Shown in pieces: positions 1 to 11,645 of a stretch of 64,000 nucleotides of DNA. A program made the position numbers and the translations under genes. The notes beneath the pieces are model-generated. The model ran no database searches, had not been told where the DNA came from, and worked only from the letters and a program-made list of their open reading frames with translations. The first letter of the stretch is position 1, and the number at the start of each line of letters is the position of its first letter. Source of the DNA: Azolla caroliniana (taxonomy: Eukaryota > Plantae > Polypodiophyta); contig JBHGNT010000020.1 in NCBI GenBank assembly GCA_043228905.1, positions 3,782,001 to 3,846,000 on the forward strand. Direction: 5' to 3'.

Positions 1-3000
1 GAGAACTGGCAAGGGAAGTCCATCGCGGAGTGCTGGTGTTGTGGCAAGAAAGGCCACAAGGAAAGTGAGTGCTGGAAGAAGCGCGCCGATTCGGAGAGAA
101 CTGGTTCCGGGAACGGCTCCAGACATACCGACAAGGGAAATCGGCAGCGATCACACTACGCCAAAGACTCCGGGAGAGCCGGAGAAGGGACTGCCTTCGT
201 GACGAGACACGAAGCAAACTCAATGAAGCAGACCACCCCGAGATCGGACGAGGTGTGGTACGTAGCCTTCGGCGCATCAAACCACATGACGAGCCATAAG
301 GAGTGGTTCTCGTACCTTGAAAAACCGATACAACCTGGAGTAGTCGCAACTCGAGACGACACTCCGCATCCGATCGTGAATGTCGGAGAAGTTCCCCTTA
401 GCCATGTCGGGCAGAAAGGGAAACTCATGAACGTGTTGCACGTTCCGACAATCACGAAAAACTTGGTCTCGGTCGGACAGATCGTCGACCAAGGAATGGA
501 GGGTCGGTTTACACACCTCGGGTGCTTCATTGAGGAAGAAGGCCGTGTGATTGCGCAAGGGCGCAGAGACGGGAGGATATATTCGGATTGCCCAAATTTA
601 GTGGCCGAAAGGCACAAATTTGTGAAGCCTGCCAGCTCGAGAAGCAACACCAACTTCCTTTCCCCAACGAGCGAAAACGGAGCCGGAATAAGCTCGACCT
701 TATACACTCTGATGTATGGGGGCCGGCACAAAACGTTAGTCTTGGCGGGAGCCGATATTTCGTCTCCTTCATCGACGACAACACGCGGCACACGTGGATC
801 TACCTCATTGAGAGGAAGAGCGAAGTCTTCGACTGTTTCAGGGACCTCAAAGGGTTCGTGGAAACGGAAACAGGACGAAAGATCAAGTGTTTGCGGTCGG
901 ATGGCGGGAAAGATTACTTTTCCGGTCAATTCAACAGTTATCTACAACAAATGGGAATTCGGCGCGACTTCAGTTGTAGATACACGCCAAAGCAGAACGG
1001 CGTGGCCGAGAGGAAGAACCGGTCGATTGTGGAAGCGGCACGGGCAATGCTGGAGGAGAAGAGCTTGCCCAAGTTCTACTGGGCTGAGGCGGTAAGGACC
1101 GCGGTATACATCCAGAACCGGATCGGAGACAAAGTGTCAGCGCACGAGCTATATTTCGGAACGAAGCCGAACTTACGACAGTTGAGGGTGTTCGGTAGCA
1201 TTGCGTATGTGCATATACCGAAGGATAAAAGGAGGAAGGTGGACGCAAAGGCCGAGAAGTGCATCTTGGTCGGTTACTCGGACGAGCAGAAGGGTTATAA
1301 GTGCTATAACCCTCGCACCAAACAAGCGCGCGTTAGCTGTGACGTTGTGTTTGACGAGTCCGCGTCCAATCCGTGTTCTGACGATGATTTCAGCGAGGCC
1401 GACATGCCTCCGGATGAGCCCGAAATCGAGACCCGCAAAGAGAGTCCGATTTCACTCCGTTTAAGTGGACCGATTGGACGACTGAGTCGGTACGACCAGT
1501 CCGATGAAGAGCCGGCGAGTAGTGGAGACTCGGTCGTGCATTCCCCGCGCAGGAAGCCGAGGAGACGGCTTACGCGCAAAGAAAAAGGGAAGAAGAAGGT
1601 GACGGATTCCGGCACGGAAAGGAACGAGTCAGACCGACGCGAGTCCGACTCTGAGGGAACCAGTGACGGGTCTTTAATGGTGAAGACGATGTCGACCGAG
1701 AAGGCCTCGACATTGGCTAATGTGAGATTACGCCGATCTACCCGCCAGAAGAACCCAGTTGTGCGGTTCGGATACAACGAGTACATGGCGCATCATTATG
1801 CGTACATGACCCGTGTAGCGGAAATGCGTGAGCCGGAGAGCTACGCAGAAGCGGCGAAGGACGCGAATTGGCGCGCCACGATGGAGGAAGAGATGCACGC
1901 ATTGGCGGAGAACGAGACCTGGGACCTGGTTGACGCACTGAAGGGTGTGAAGCCGATCGGGTGTAGATGGGTGTACAAGGTCAAGTACAACACCAATGGC
2001 TCGGTCAACCGGTACAAGGCTCGACTAGTGGCAAAGGGCTACGCGCAGAAACATGGCATCGACTACGATGAGACGTTTGCGCCGGTCGCAAAAATGACGA
2101 TCGTCCGTGTTTTGCTCACAGTAGCTGCGGCGAAGGGGTGGCACTTACATCAGATGGATGTAAAGAATGCGTTCCTGCAAGGTGACCTTGAGGAACAGGT
2201 GTACATGGTACAGCCCCCCAGATTTCACTCCAGAATGAACTCCTCGGCAGTATGCCGACTGAAGAAGTCCCTTTACGGACTGAAGCAAGCCCCGCGTGCC
2301 TGGAACACGAAGATCACGCAACAACTGCATCGGATGGGCTTTGTCACGTCAAAATCGGACTCTTCCCTTTTCATCCGGAAAGGTCGACTCGGACCGGTTG
2401 ATGACTTGGTCATCACCGGCGTCGACCTAGGTGAAATCGACCGCGTGAAGCTCCAGCTTGCGGCATCATTCGACATGAAGGATCTGGGGGGACCTTCATT
2501 ACTTCCTCGGGATCGAAGTGATCCGTACCCCCGAAGGCATATTGATCAGCCAGCGTCATTACGTGCTGAATATGCTCTTCAAACTCGGGATGGCCGAATG
2601 TAAGTCCATCTCGACTCCACTGGACAGAACAGTCAAGCTTCGTCCCGATACGGGAAAGGTATGCGACCCGACGAGGTTCCGACAAATTGTCGGAAGCCTC
2701 ATATACTTGACCATCACCCAACCCGACCTCAGTTATCCGGTCGGGGTGATTAGTCAGTTCATGGCGCGACCTACTGAGGAGCACCTTTAGTGTGCGCAAT
2801 GCATACTTCGGTACGTCAACGGCACTAAGGACCGGGGACTGCTATATCGGACCGGTGCAGCCGCGCAGTTAGTCGGCTACACTGATGCTGATTGGGCTAG
2901 CAACACCGCCGATCGCTGATCCACGTCGGGATACGCGTTCTCTCTCGGGAGTGCCGCGATCGCGTGGAGCAGTAAGAAGCAGCCGACAGTTGCACTGTCG

Positions 3001-4252
3001 AGCACCGAAGCTGAGTACCGAGGAGCGGCTGTCGCGACATGCGAAGCCATATGGTTGAAGCGGCTACTTAAGGATCTGCAAGTGGAGGTATCAGATCCGA
3101 CGACGATCTACTGCGACAATCTGAGCAGCATCCAGCTCGCGAAGAACCCCGTTTTCCATGCACAGACCAAGCACATTGAGGTGCATTACCATTTCGTCCA
3201 TGAGTGTGTCCTTTCCAGTGAAGTCCAACTTCAGTACGTTCCGACGGATCGGCAGGCTGCCAACATCTTCACCAAGCCTCTTGGTCTGGACAAGTTGCGG
3301 CAATTCTCAGGTGCGCTCGGGTTGCGTCACCTCGATGTGCCGAGCTTGAGGGGGAGAACAGTCCCGAACAAGTTGCAGCAAGAAAGGAGCGGACACCGCG
3401 ACACCGAGTCGGTTGTCGAGTTCGACATCGGATCGGCTGAAGAAGCCGAGGGCGGACCCGCGGAAAAGTTCGAAAGCGGACAGAAGGGGAGCAACTGAAG
3501 GAGAGAGCCGAAGCCAACCACGCATGAGGAGTATGACGCCATCGAGGGCGAGAAGACCGAAGACGAGTTGGAGACAGCCAACTCGGACGAGAGCGAAGAA
3601 TGATCGGAGGTAGCTGAGTCGGTTCGGATGTTTGATTTAGACACGCTGAATCAACCGAGGCCCAAGCGGAAGAAAAGGCAGCAAAAGAAGCGTCAACACC
3701 GCAACAACAGAAGAGCTGATGAGGGCCACATGAGCAGACAAGCCGACCGGAAAGGTCGAAGCGCGTGGAGTCGAACAGGCCGAGGAGCGCGAGCGAGGCG
3801 TGAAGCCAGGAGGAACCGGTGCTGTGAAGATCCCGAAGAGCCTCAAGTTGACCTTGAGGGGGAGTGTTGAGAGACAAGCTCAACATCGGCCGGATCGGCT
3901 GAAGAAGCCGAGGACCGGATCGGTTGGGACCGATCAGTTAGGCCGAGTGTGTAAACCGGGAGGTCGTTAGGAAAGATATTCCGTGAGGAATATATTTGGG
4001 AGTTAGTGTAGGGGCTCTTGATGAGCATTGAAGTACTGTCAGTACTTCGGTCAGTCCTTTTAGGACTTGTATAAAAGTGCTCACTGAGCACGTCTTATGT
4101 ACAAATTGAGTATTATTATTGAATATAGCTTTTCTGCTTTCTCTCTCTCTGTCTCTCCTGCCTATACCGTGTAAGCCCAAGCTCTCCATTGAACCTGAGT
4201 TTCCTCCCTTTTGTTCGGTCTTCATACTTGCTTCCGCATGTTATTTTCTACA
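1..4252 (+). mobile_element. Ty1/Copia LTR retrotransposon (Copia-A copy 1), 5' end outside window, degenerate
   Basis: Gag zinc knuckle (CWCCGKKGHKESEC), integrase (LIHSDVWGP, LRSDGG, QNGVAERKNR), RT ([19 protein letters not shown]), RNase H (IYCDNLS, KHIEVHYHFV) in Copia order, with frameshifts and stops. PPT at 3856-3864, then LTR. Confidence 0.95.
3865..4252 (+). repeat. 3' LTR of Copia-A copy 1
   Basis: TGTTGAGAGAC...TTTTCTACA directly after PPT GAGGGGGAG; homologous to the LTRs at 5919 and 11195 but with an internal deletion. Confidence 0.92.
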
Positions 4253-5918
4253 GACGTCAAGCTCTCCACTACTTGTCCAAGAAAGTGCCCTCCTTGGTCA
4301 CTTATCAACTCGATGGGGCATCTGTACCAGCACCAAATGTATTCGTATAAGAATTTTGTCGTCGACGCCGCAGTGTTGTCTCGTAGGGCTTTGGCTTCCA
4401 CCCATTTAGTGCAATAGTCCATCGCGACGATCACATACCGGTTGCCAGTTCTCATTGCCGGTGGTTTAAATGGTCCGACAAAATCTAGTCTCCATTTCTG
4501 AAATGGTTCTAACGGTAGTACTGGCTGGTGCGGCATCCTAGCTTGTTCCGTTGGCTGGCCCATTCGCTGGCATAGATCACACTCTTTCGCATACCGGACT
4601 GCGTCTTTCAATGTAGTCGGCCACCGTAGGCCACTTTGCCATATCTTCTTTTCCGTAGCATCCCCGGCATAATGGCCTCCGACGACTCCGCAGTGTGCTT
4701 CCCGTAGTATTACCTCTTTCTCGTCGTTGTGCACCGTTCGTCGCCATATACCGTCCACACCTTTGTGGTATAGCGTGTCCTGTAATAAACAGAAGTGTCG
4801 GCTTTGTACCGCCAGGCATTTCCTCTCATCCCGGTTCATCTCCTCCGGAGGCAAATCCGGTGCTCAGAAATTGGTGCATATTTGTTAGCCAATTATCTTC
4901 TGGTGCCACCGTTTCATCTGTTGCCATTTCCGCGGTGACTCGAAATAGCTCAGCATCCGGAAATTCGTCCGGTACCCCGTCGCCGGTTTCACCAGAATCT
5001 AACCGGCTTAAATAATCTGCTACCGCATGCTGTATGACAGGTCGGTGGAATATCTCGAATTCGAATTCCTGTAATAGCAAAGTCCACCGGGCCAACTTAC
5101 CGGTAAGTGACACTTTGGACACTAGGTAGAGGAGTGCCGAGTGATCTACATGGAAGGAAAACTTTCTTCCCAATAAATAGTGCCTGAATTTTGTTACGCT
5201 ATAGATCATGCCTAAAGCTTCCCTTTCCGTGGTAGAGTAATTTCGTTCGGCTTGAGATAACTTCTGGCTTGCGTGATATACAGGTCGGTATCATCTTGGC
5301 TTCGTAAGTTGCATCAGCGCACTCCCGATTGCAATGTCGGACGCATCCACGAACACATGAAATTCCATCGCCCAATCCGGGGGTTGCACTATCGATGCTT
5401 GCGACAATAGAACTTTGAGTGCCTGGTACGCCTTGTCTTCGGTGTCTATCCACTGGAACGGTGTTCAGTGTACCGCAGCATGCAGTGGTGTAGCTAGGTC
5501 CACCAAATACCGGAGCATTCGGCTATGCCAACGGATTTGGCCTAAGAAACGGCTCAATGCCTTTGCCGTTTTTGGTGCCGGTGCCTCCAGGATTACTTTT
5601 ACTTTGTCCGGATCCACGGCGATGCCTTCCTTGCTCACAATGTGCCCCAGTAGCGTTCCGCTGGACACACCGAATACACACTTCGCCGGATTCAGGCTTA
5701 GCCGGTAAGCCCTACACTTTTCTAAACACAGTCGAAGGTGCTAAAGGTGGTCTCCTTCCCGGCTGTAAACGGCGAAGTCATCGAGGGACACCTGCATGAA
5801 TGCCGGTATGAATTCTCCGAATATTTCCCTGATGATCCTCTGGAACGTTGTCGGCGCCGGTTTTAGTCCGAACATCATCACCACGGCAACAAACACTCCC
5901 CATTCAGTGATGAAAGCC

Positions 5919-6365
5919 TGTTGAGAGACAAGCTCAACATCGGCCGGATCGGCTGAAGAAGCCGAGGACCGGATCGGTTGGGACCGATCGGTTAGGCCGA
6001 ATGCGTAAACCAATACGCAGACCGGTGCGTAGGTAGGGCCGGATCGGTGCGTAAACCGGGAGGCCGTTAGGAAAGATATTCCGTAAGGAATATATTTGGG
6101 AGTTAGTGTAGGAGCTCTTAGTGAGCAATGAAGTATTGTCAGTACTTCGGTCAGTCCTTCTAGGACTTGTATAAAAGTGTTCATTGAACACACATATGTA
6201 TAGAGTCAAAAATAGAGTGTTGAATATACTTCTCGTGTTCCCTCTCTCTCACTCTCTCTCTCTGTCTCTCCCGCGTATACTGCGTAAGCTCAAGCTCTCC
6301 ATTAAACCTGAGCGTTCTTCCTTCTGTTCGGTCTCCATACTTGCTTCCGCACGTTACTTTTTACA
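5919..6365 (+). repeat. 5' LTR of Copia-A copy 2
   Basis: About 14 substitutions versus the 3' LTR by eye, mostly transitions, plus a (CT)n length difference. Confidence 0.95.
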
Positions 6366-6377
6366 TGGTATCAGAGC
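6366..6377 (+). promoter_or_regulatory. Primer binding site (tRNA-iMet)
   Basis: TGGTATCAGAGC immediately after the 5' LTR. Confidence 0.93.
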
Positions 6378-6437
6378 GCGAGGGTTGAGAACCTCTCTAC
6401 AGCCGACACAGCTTGACGAAGAAGAACAAGAATAACG

Positions 6438-9400
6438 ATGGATAGAGGCATGGCGAGCTCGCTTCCAACAGAGAAGCTAGACAAAACCAACTATGCGTCT
6501 TCGTCCTACAAGATGCACCAGTACCTGCTCGGGCACGGCTACTGGAGTTATGTCGAAGGAGCTAATGATGCGGCACCCGAATCGACACAGAGACTTCCTG
6601 TCGTGGGAGCAATCGGCGAGCAGGGTATTATACTGCTTCGCGTCGTGTGTGGGCGAACAACTATTGAGCTATGTTCGGGATGCAAAGACGTCGAAGGGTG
6701 TGTACGAAAATCTGAAGAAGATTTTCGCCGCGAGCACCACAGCCAGGAAGCTTCAGCTCCGACAAGAGTTGACCAACCTACGACAACGCGACTTGTCGGT
6801 GGCGGACTATACCTCGAAGATCAAGGATATCTGCGACTCCCTCGCCTCCATAGAGGTGAACATCGAGGAGAGCGAGATGGTCCAGATCTGTTTCGGAGGT
6901 TTGGCGTCAAAGTTCGGAGCGTTCCGAACGGTTGTGTGTACCCGGGAGAATACGCCGTCCTTTTTCGACTTACAGTCGATGCTCCTGGTAGAGGAGAACC
7001 ACGCGGGTGCGTCTACAAGCACGCACACCGACAGCAGAATGTTGTACACGGAGGGAGATAGGCCCCGTGGACGTGGACGACGAGGCGAGTCGGCACACAA
7101 TGGAGGCGGCCGACAAGATCAAGAAAGAAGGCACCGAAGTGATGCCGACAGCAACTCCGGACCCTCCGGAAACAAGGGGAGTCGAAGCGATGAGAACTGG
7201 CAAGGGAAGTCCATCGCGGAGTGCTGGTGCTGTGGCAAGAAAGGCCACAAGGAAAGTGAGTGCTGGAAGAAGCGCGCCGATTCGGAGAGAACTGGTTCCG
7301 GGAACGGCTCCAGACATACTGACAAGGGAAATCGGCAGCGATCACACTACGCCAAAGACTCCGGGAGAGCCGGAGAAGGGACTGCCTTCGTGACGAGACA
7401 CGAAGCAAACTCAATGAAACAGAGCACCCCGAGATCGGACAAGGTGTGGTACGTAGTCTCCCGCGCGTCAAACCACATGATGAGCCATAAGGAGTGGTTC
7501 TCGTACCTTGAAAAACCGATACAACCTGGAGTAGTCGCAACTGGAGACGACACTCCGCATCCGATCACGAATGTCGGAGAAGTTCCCCTTAGACATGTCG
7601 GGTAGAAAGGGAAACTCATGAACGTGCGGCACATTCCAACAATCACGAAGAACTTGGTCTCGGTCGGACAGATCGTCGACCAAGGGATGGAGGTTCGGTT
7701 TACACACCTCGGGTGCTTCATTGAGGAAGAAGGCCATGTGATTGCGCAAGGGCGCAGAGACGGGAGGATGTTCATCCTCGATTCCACTGATGGCGGCACC
7801 GCAATGTTCGCGAAGGGACGAAAATCCGAGTCGGACATCAACTTGTGGCACAAGCGGATAGGCCACGTCAACTACCAACGGCTTCAAGATCTGCCCAAAT
7901 TTAGTGGCCGAAAGGCACAAATTTCTGAAGCTTGCCAGCTCGAGAAGCAACACCGACTTCCTTTCCCCAACAAGCGAAACTGGAGCCGGAACAAGCTCGA
8001 CCTTATACACTCCGATGTATAGGGGCCGGCACAAAACGTTAGTCTTGACGGGAGCCGATATTTCGTCTCCTTCATCGACGACCACACACGGCACACGTGG
8101 ATCTACCTCATTGAGAGGAAGAGCGAAGACTTCGACTGCTTCTGGGACCTCAAAGGCTTCTTAGAAACGGAAACGGGACGAAAGATCAAGTGCCTGCGGT
8201 CAGATGGCGGGAAAGAGTACTTCTCCGGTCAATTCAACGGTTATCTACGACAAATGGGAATTCGGCGCGAATTCAGTTGTAGATACACGCCGGAGCAGAA
8301 CGGCATGGCCGAGAGGAAGAATCGGTCCATTGTGGAAGCAGCACGAGCAATGTTGGAGGAGAAGAGCTTGCCCAAGTTCTACTGGGCGCAGGCGGTAAGG
8401 ACCGCGGTATACATCCAGAACCGGATCAGAGACAAAGTGTCGGCGCACGAGCTATATTTCGGCACGAAGCCGAACTTGAGACACTTGAGGGTGTTCGGTA
8501 GCATTGTGTATGTGCATGTACCGAAGGAGAAAAGGAGGAAGCTGGACGCAAAGGCCGAGAAATGCATCTTGGTCGGTTACTCAAACAAGCAGAAGGGTTA
8601 TAAGTGCTATAACCCTCGCACCAAACAAAGCGCGTGTCAACCGCGACGTTGTGTTTGACGAGTCCGCGTCCTGGTACCAGCCCCCGACTCCGAACCCCAA
8701 CTCCAATCCGAGCTCTGACGATGAGGTCAAAGAGGCCGAGATGCCTCCGAATGAGCCCGAAATCGAGACCCGCGAAGAGAGTCCGATTTCACTCCGTTTA
8801 GGTGGACCGAGTGGACCAATTGGACGACTGAGTCGGTACGACCAATCCGATGAAGAGCCGGCGAGTAGTGGAGACTCGGCCGTGCATTCCCCACGCTGGA
8901 AGCCGAGGAGACAGCTTAGGCGCAAAGAGAAAGGGAAGAAGAAGGTGCCGGATTCCGGCACGGATAGGAACGAGTCAGACCGACGCGAGTCCGACTCCGA
9001 GGGAACCGGTGACAGGTCTTTAAAGGTGAAGTCCGCGTCGACCGAGAAAGCCTCGACATCGGCTAATGCTAGATTACGGCGATCTACCCACCAGAAGAAC
9101 CCTGTTTTGCGGTTCGGATACAACGAGTACATGGCGCATCATTATGTGTACATGACCCGTGTAGCGGAAGTACGTGAGCCGGAGAGCTACGCAGAAGCGG
9201 CTAAAGACGCGAATTGGCGTGCCGCGATGAGGGAAAAGATGCACGCATTGGCTGAGAACGAGACCTGGGACCTGGTTGACGCACCAACATGGGGTAAAAC
9301 CGATCGAGTGTAGGTGGGTGTACAAAGTCAAGTACAACACCGATGGCTCGGTCAACCGGTAGAAGGCTCGGCTAGTGGCAAAGGGCTACGCGCAGAAACA

Positions 9401-11200
9401 CGGCATCGACTACGATGAGACATTTGCGCCGGTCGCGAAAATGACGACCGTCCGTGTTTTGCTCGCAGTAGCTGCGGCGAAGGGGTGGCACTTAAATCAG
9501 ATGGATGTAAAGAATGCGTTCCTGCAAGGTGACCTTGAGGAACAGGTGTACATGGTACAGCCCCCCGGATTTCACTCCGGAATGAACTCCTCGGCAGTAT
9601 GCCGACTGAAGAAGTCCCTTTACGGACTGAAGCAAGCCCCGCGTGCCTGGAACACGAAGATCACGCAACAACTGCATCGGATGGGCTTCGTCACGTCAAA
9701 ATCGGACTCTTCCCTATTCATCCGGAAAGGTCGACTCGGACTAGTTAGTATTTGACTATATGTTGATGACTTCGTCATCACCGGTGCCGACCTCGATGAA
9801 ATCGACCACTTGAAGCTCCACCTTGCGGCATCGTTCGACATGAAGGATCTGGAGGACCTTCATTACTTCCTCGGGATCGAAGTGTTCCGTACCCCCGAAG
9901 GCATATTGATCAGCCAACGTCATTACGTGCTGAGTATGCTCTTCAAATTCGGGATGGCCGACTATAAGTCCGTCTCGACTCCTCTGGACAAAACCGTCAA
10001 GCTTCGTCCCAGTACGGGAAAGGTATGCGACCCGACGAGGTTCCGACAAATTGTCGGAAGCCTCATATACTTGACCATCACCCAACCCGACCTCAGTTAT
10101 CCGGTCGGAGTGATCAGTCAGTTAATGGCGCGACCTACCGAGGAGCATCTTCAGTGTGCGCAGCGCATACTTCGGTATGTCAACGGCACTAAGGACCGGG
10201 GACTGCTATATCGGACCGGTGCTGTCGTGCAGTTAGTCGGCTACACCGATGCTGATTGGGCTGGCAACACCACCGATCGCCGATCCACGTCTGGATACCC
10301 GTTCTCCCTCACGAGTGCCACAATCGCGTGGAGGAGTAAGAAGCAGCCGACAGTTGCACTGTCGAGCACCGAAGCTGAGTACCGAGGAGCGGCTGTTGCG
10401 ACATGCGAAGCCATATGGTTAAAGCGGCTACTTAAGGACCTGCAAGAGGAGGTGTGACAACCTCAGCAACATCCAGCTCGCGAAAAACCCCGTTTTCCAC
10501 GCACAGACCAAGCACATTGAGGTGCAATACCATTTCGTCCATGAGCGTATCCTTTCCGGTGAAGTCGAACATCTTCACCAAGCCTCTTGGTCTGGACAAG
10601 TTGCGGCAATTCTTAGGTGCGCTCGGATTGCATCACCTCGACGTGCCAAACTTGAGGGGGAGAACAGTCCCGAATGACCAAGCAAGGTAGCAGGAAAGGA
10701 GCGGAGACCGCGACACCACCGAGTCGGTCGACTCGGTTGTCGAGTTCGACTTCAGATCGGCTGAAGAAGCCGAGGGCGGACCTGCGGAAAAGTTCGGAAG
10801 AGGACAGAAGGGGAGCAACCGAAGGAGAGAGCCGAAGCCAACCACGCATGGGGAAGATGACGCCACCGAGGGCGAGAAGACCGAAGACGAGTTGGAGACA
10901 GCCAACTCGGACGAGAGCGAAAACCGATCGGAGGTAGCCGAGTCGGTTCGGATGTTTGATTCAGACACGCTGAATCAACCGAGGCCCAAGCGGAAGAAAA
11001 GGCAGAAGAAGAAGCGTCAACACCGCAACAACAGAAGAGCTGATGAGGGCCACATGAGCAGACAAGCCGACCGGAAGGGTCGAAGCGCGCGGAGTCGAAC
11101 AGGTCGTGGAGCGCGAGCGAGGCGTGAAGCCAAGAGGAACCGGAGTTGTGATCCCGAAGATCCCGAAGAGCCTCAAGTTGAGCTTGAGGGGGAGTGTTGA
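6438..11200 (+). pseudogene. Copia gag-pol polyprotein, disrupted, with C-terminal extension
   Basis: ORF pieces 6438/6493-7605, 7618-8022, 8254-8658, 8504-9313, 9375-9755, 9810-10457, 10454-10690 and 10892-11200 join into one Copia polyprotein. Confidence 0.9.
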
Positions 11201-11645
11201 GAGACAAGCTCAACATCGGCCGAATCGGTTGAAGAAGCCGAGGACCGAATCGGTTGGGACCGATCGGTTAGGCCGAATGCGTAAACCAGTACGCAGACCG
11301 GTGCGTAGGTAGGGCCGGATTGGTGCGTAAACCAGGAGGCCGTTAGGAAAGATATTCCGTGAGGAATATGTTTGGGAGTTAGTTTAGGAGCTCTTAGTGA
11401 GCATTGAAGTACTGTCAGTACTTCGGTTAGTCCTTCTAGGACTTGTATAAAAGTGTTCATTGAACACACATATGTATAGAGTCGAAAATAGAGTGTTGAA
11501 TATACTTCTCGTGTTCCCTCTCTCTCACTCTCTCTCTCTCTCTCTCTCTCCCGCGTATACTGCGTAAGCTCAAGCTCTCCATTAAACCTGAGCGTTCTTC
11601 CTTCTGTTCGGTCTCCATACTTGCTTCCGCACGTTACTTTTTACA
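11195..11645 (+). repeat. 3' LTR of Copia-A copy 2
   Basis: Follows PPT GAGGGGGAG; ends TTTTTACA and is followed by the TSD. Confidence 0.95.

Larger units (their letters stand above)
5919..11645 (+). mobile_element. Full-length Ty1/Copia (Copia-A copy 2) with both LTRs
   Basis: LTRs 5919-6365 and 11195-11645 (TG...CA); 5-bp TSD AAGCC at 5914-5918 and 11646-11650; PBS TGGTATCAGAGC; gag-PR-IN-RT-RH with a few stops and frameshifts. Confidence 0.97.

Noticed and set aside
156-11216. Many long antisense and alternate-frame ORFs over the Copia elements
   Set aside because: Shadow ORFs expected in GC-rich gag-pol sequence; no independent domain signatures.
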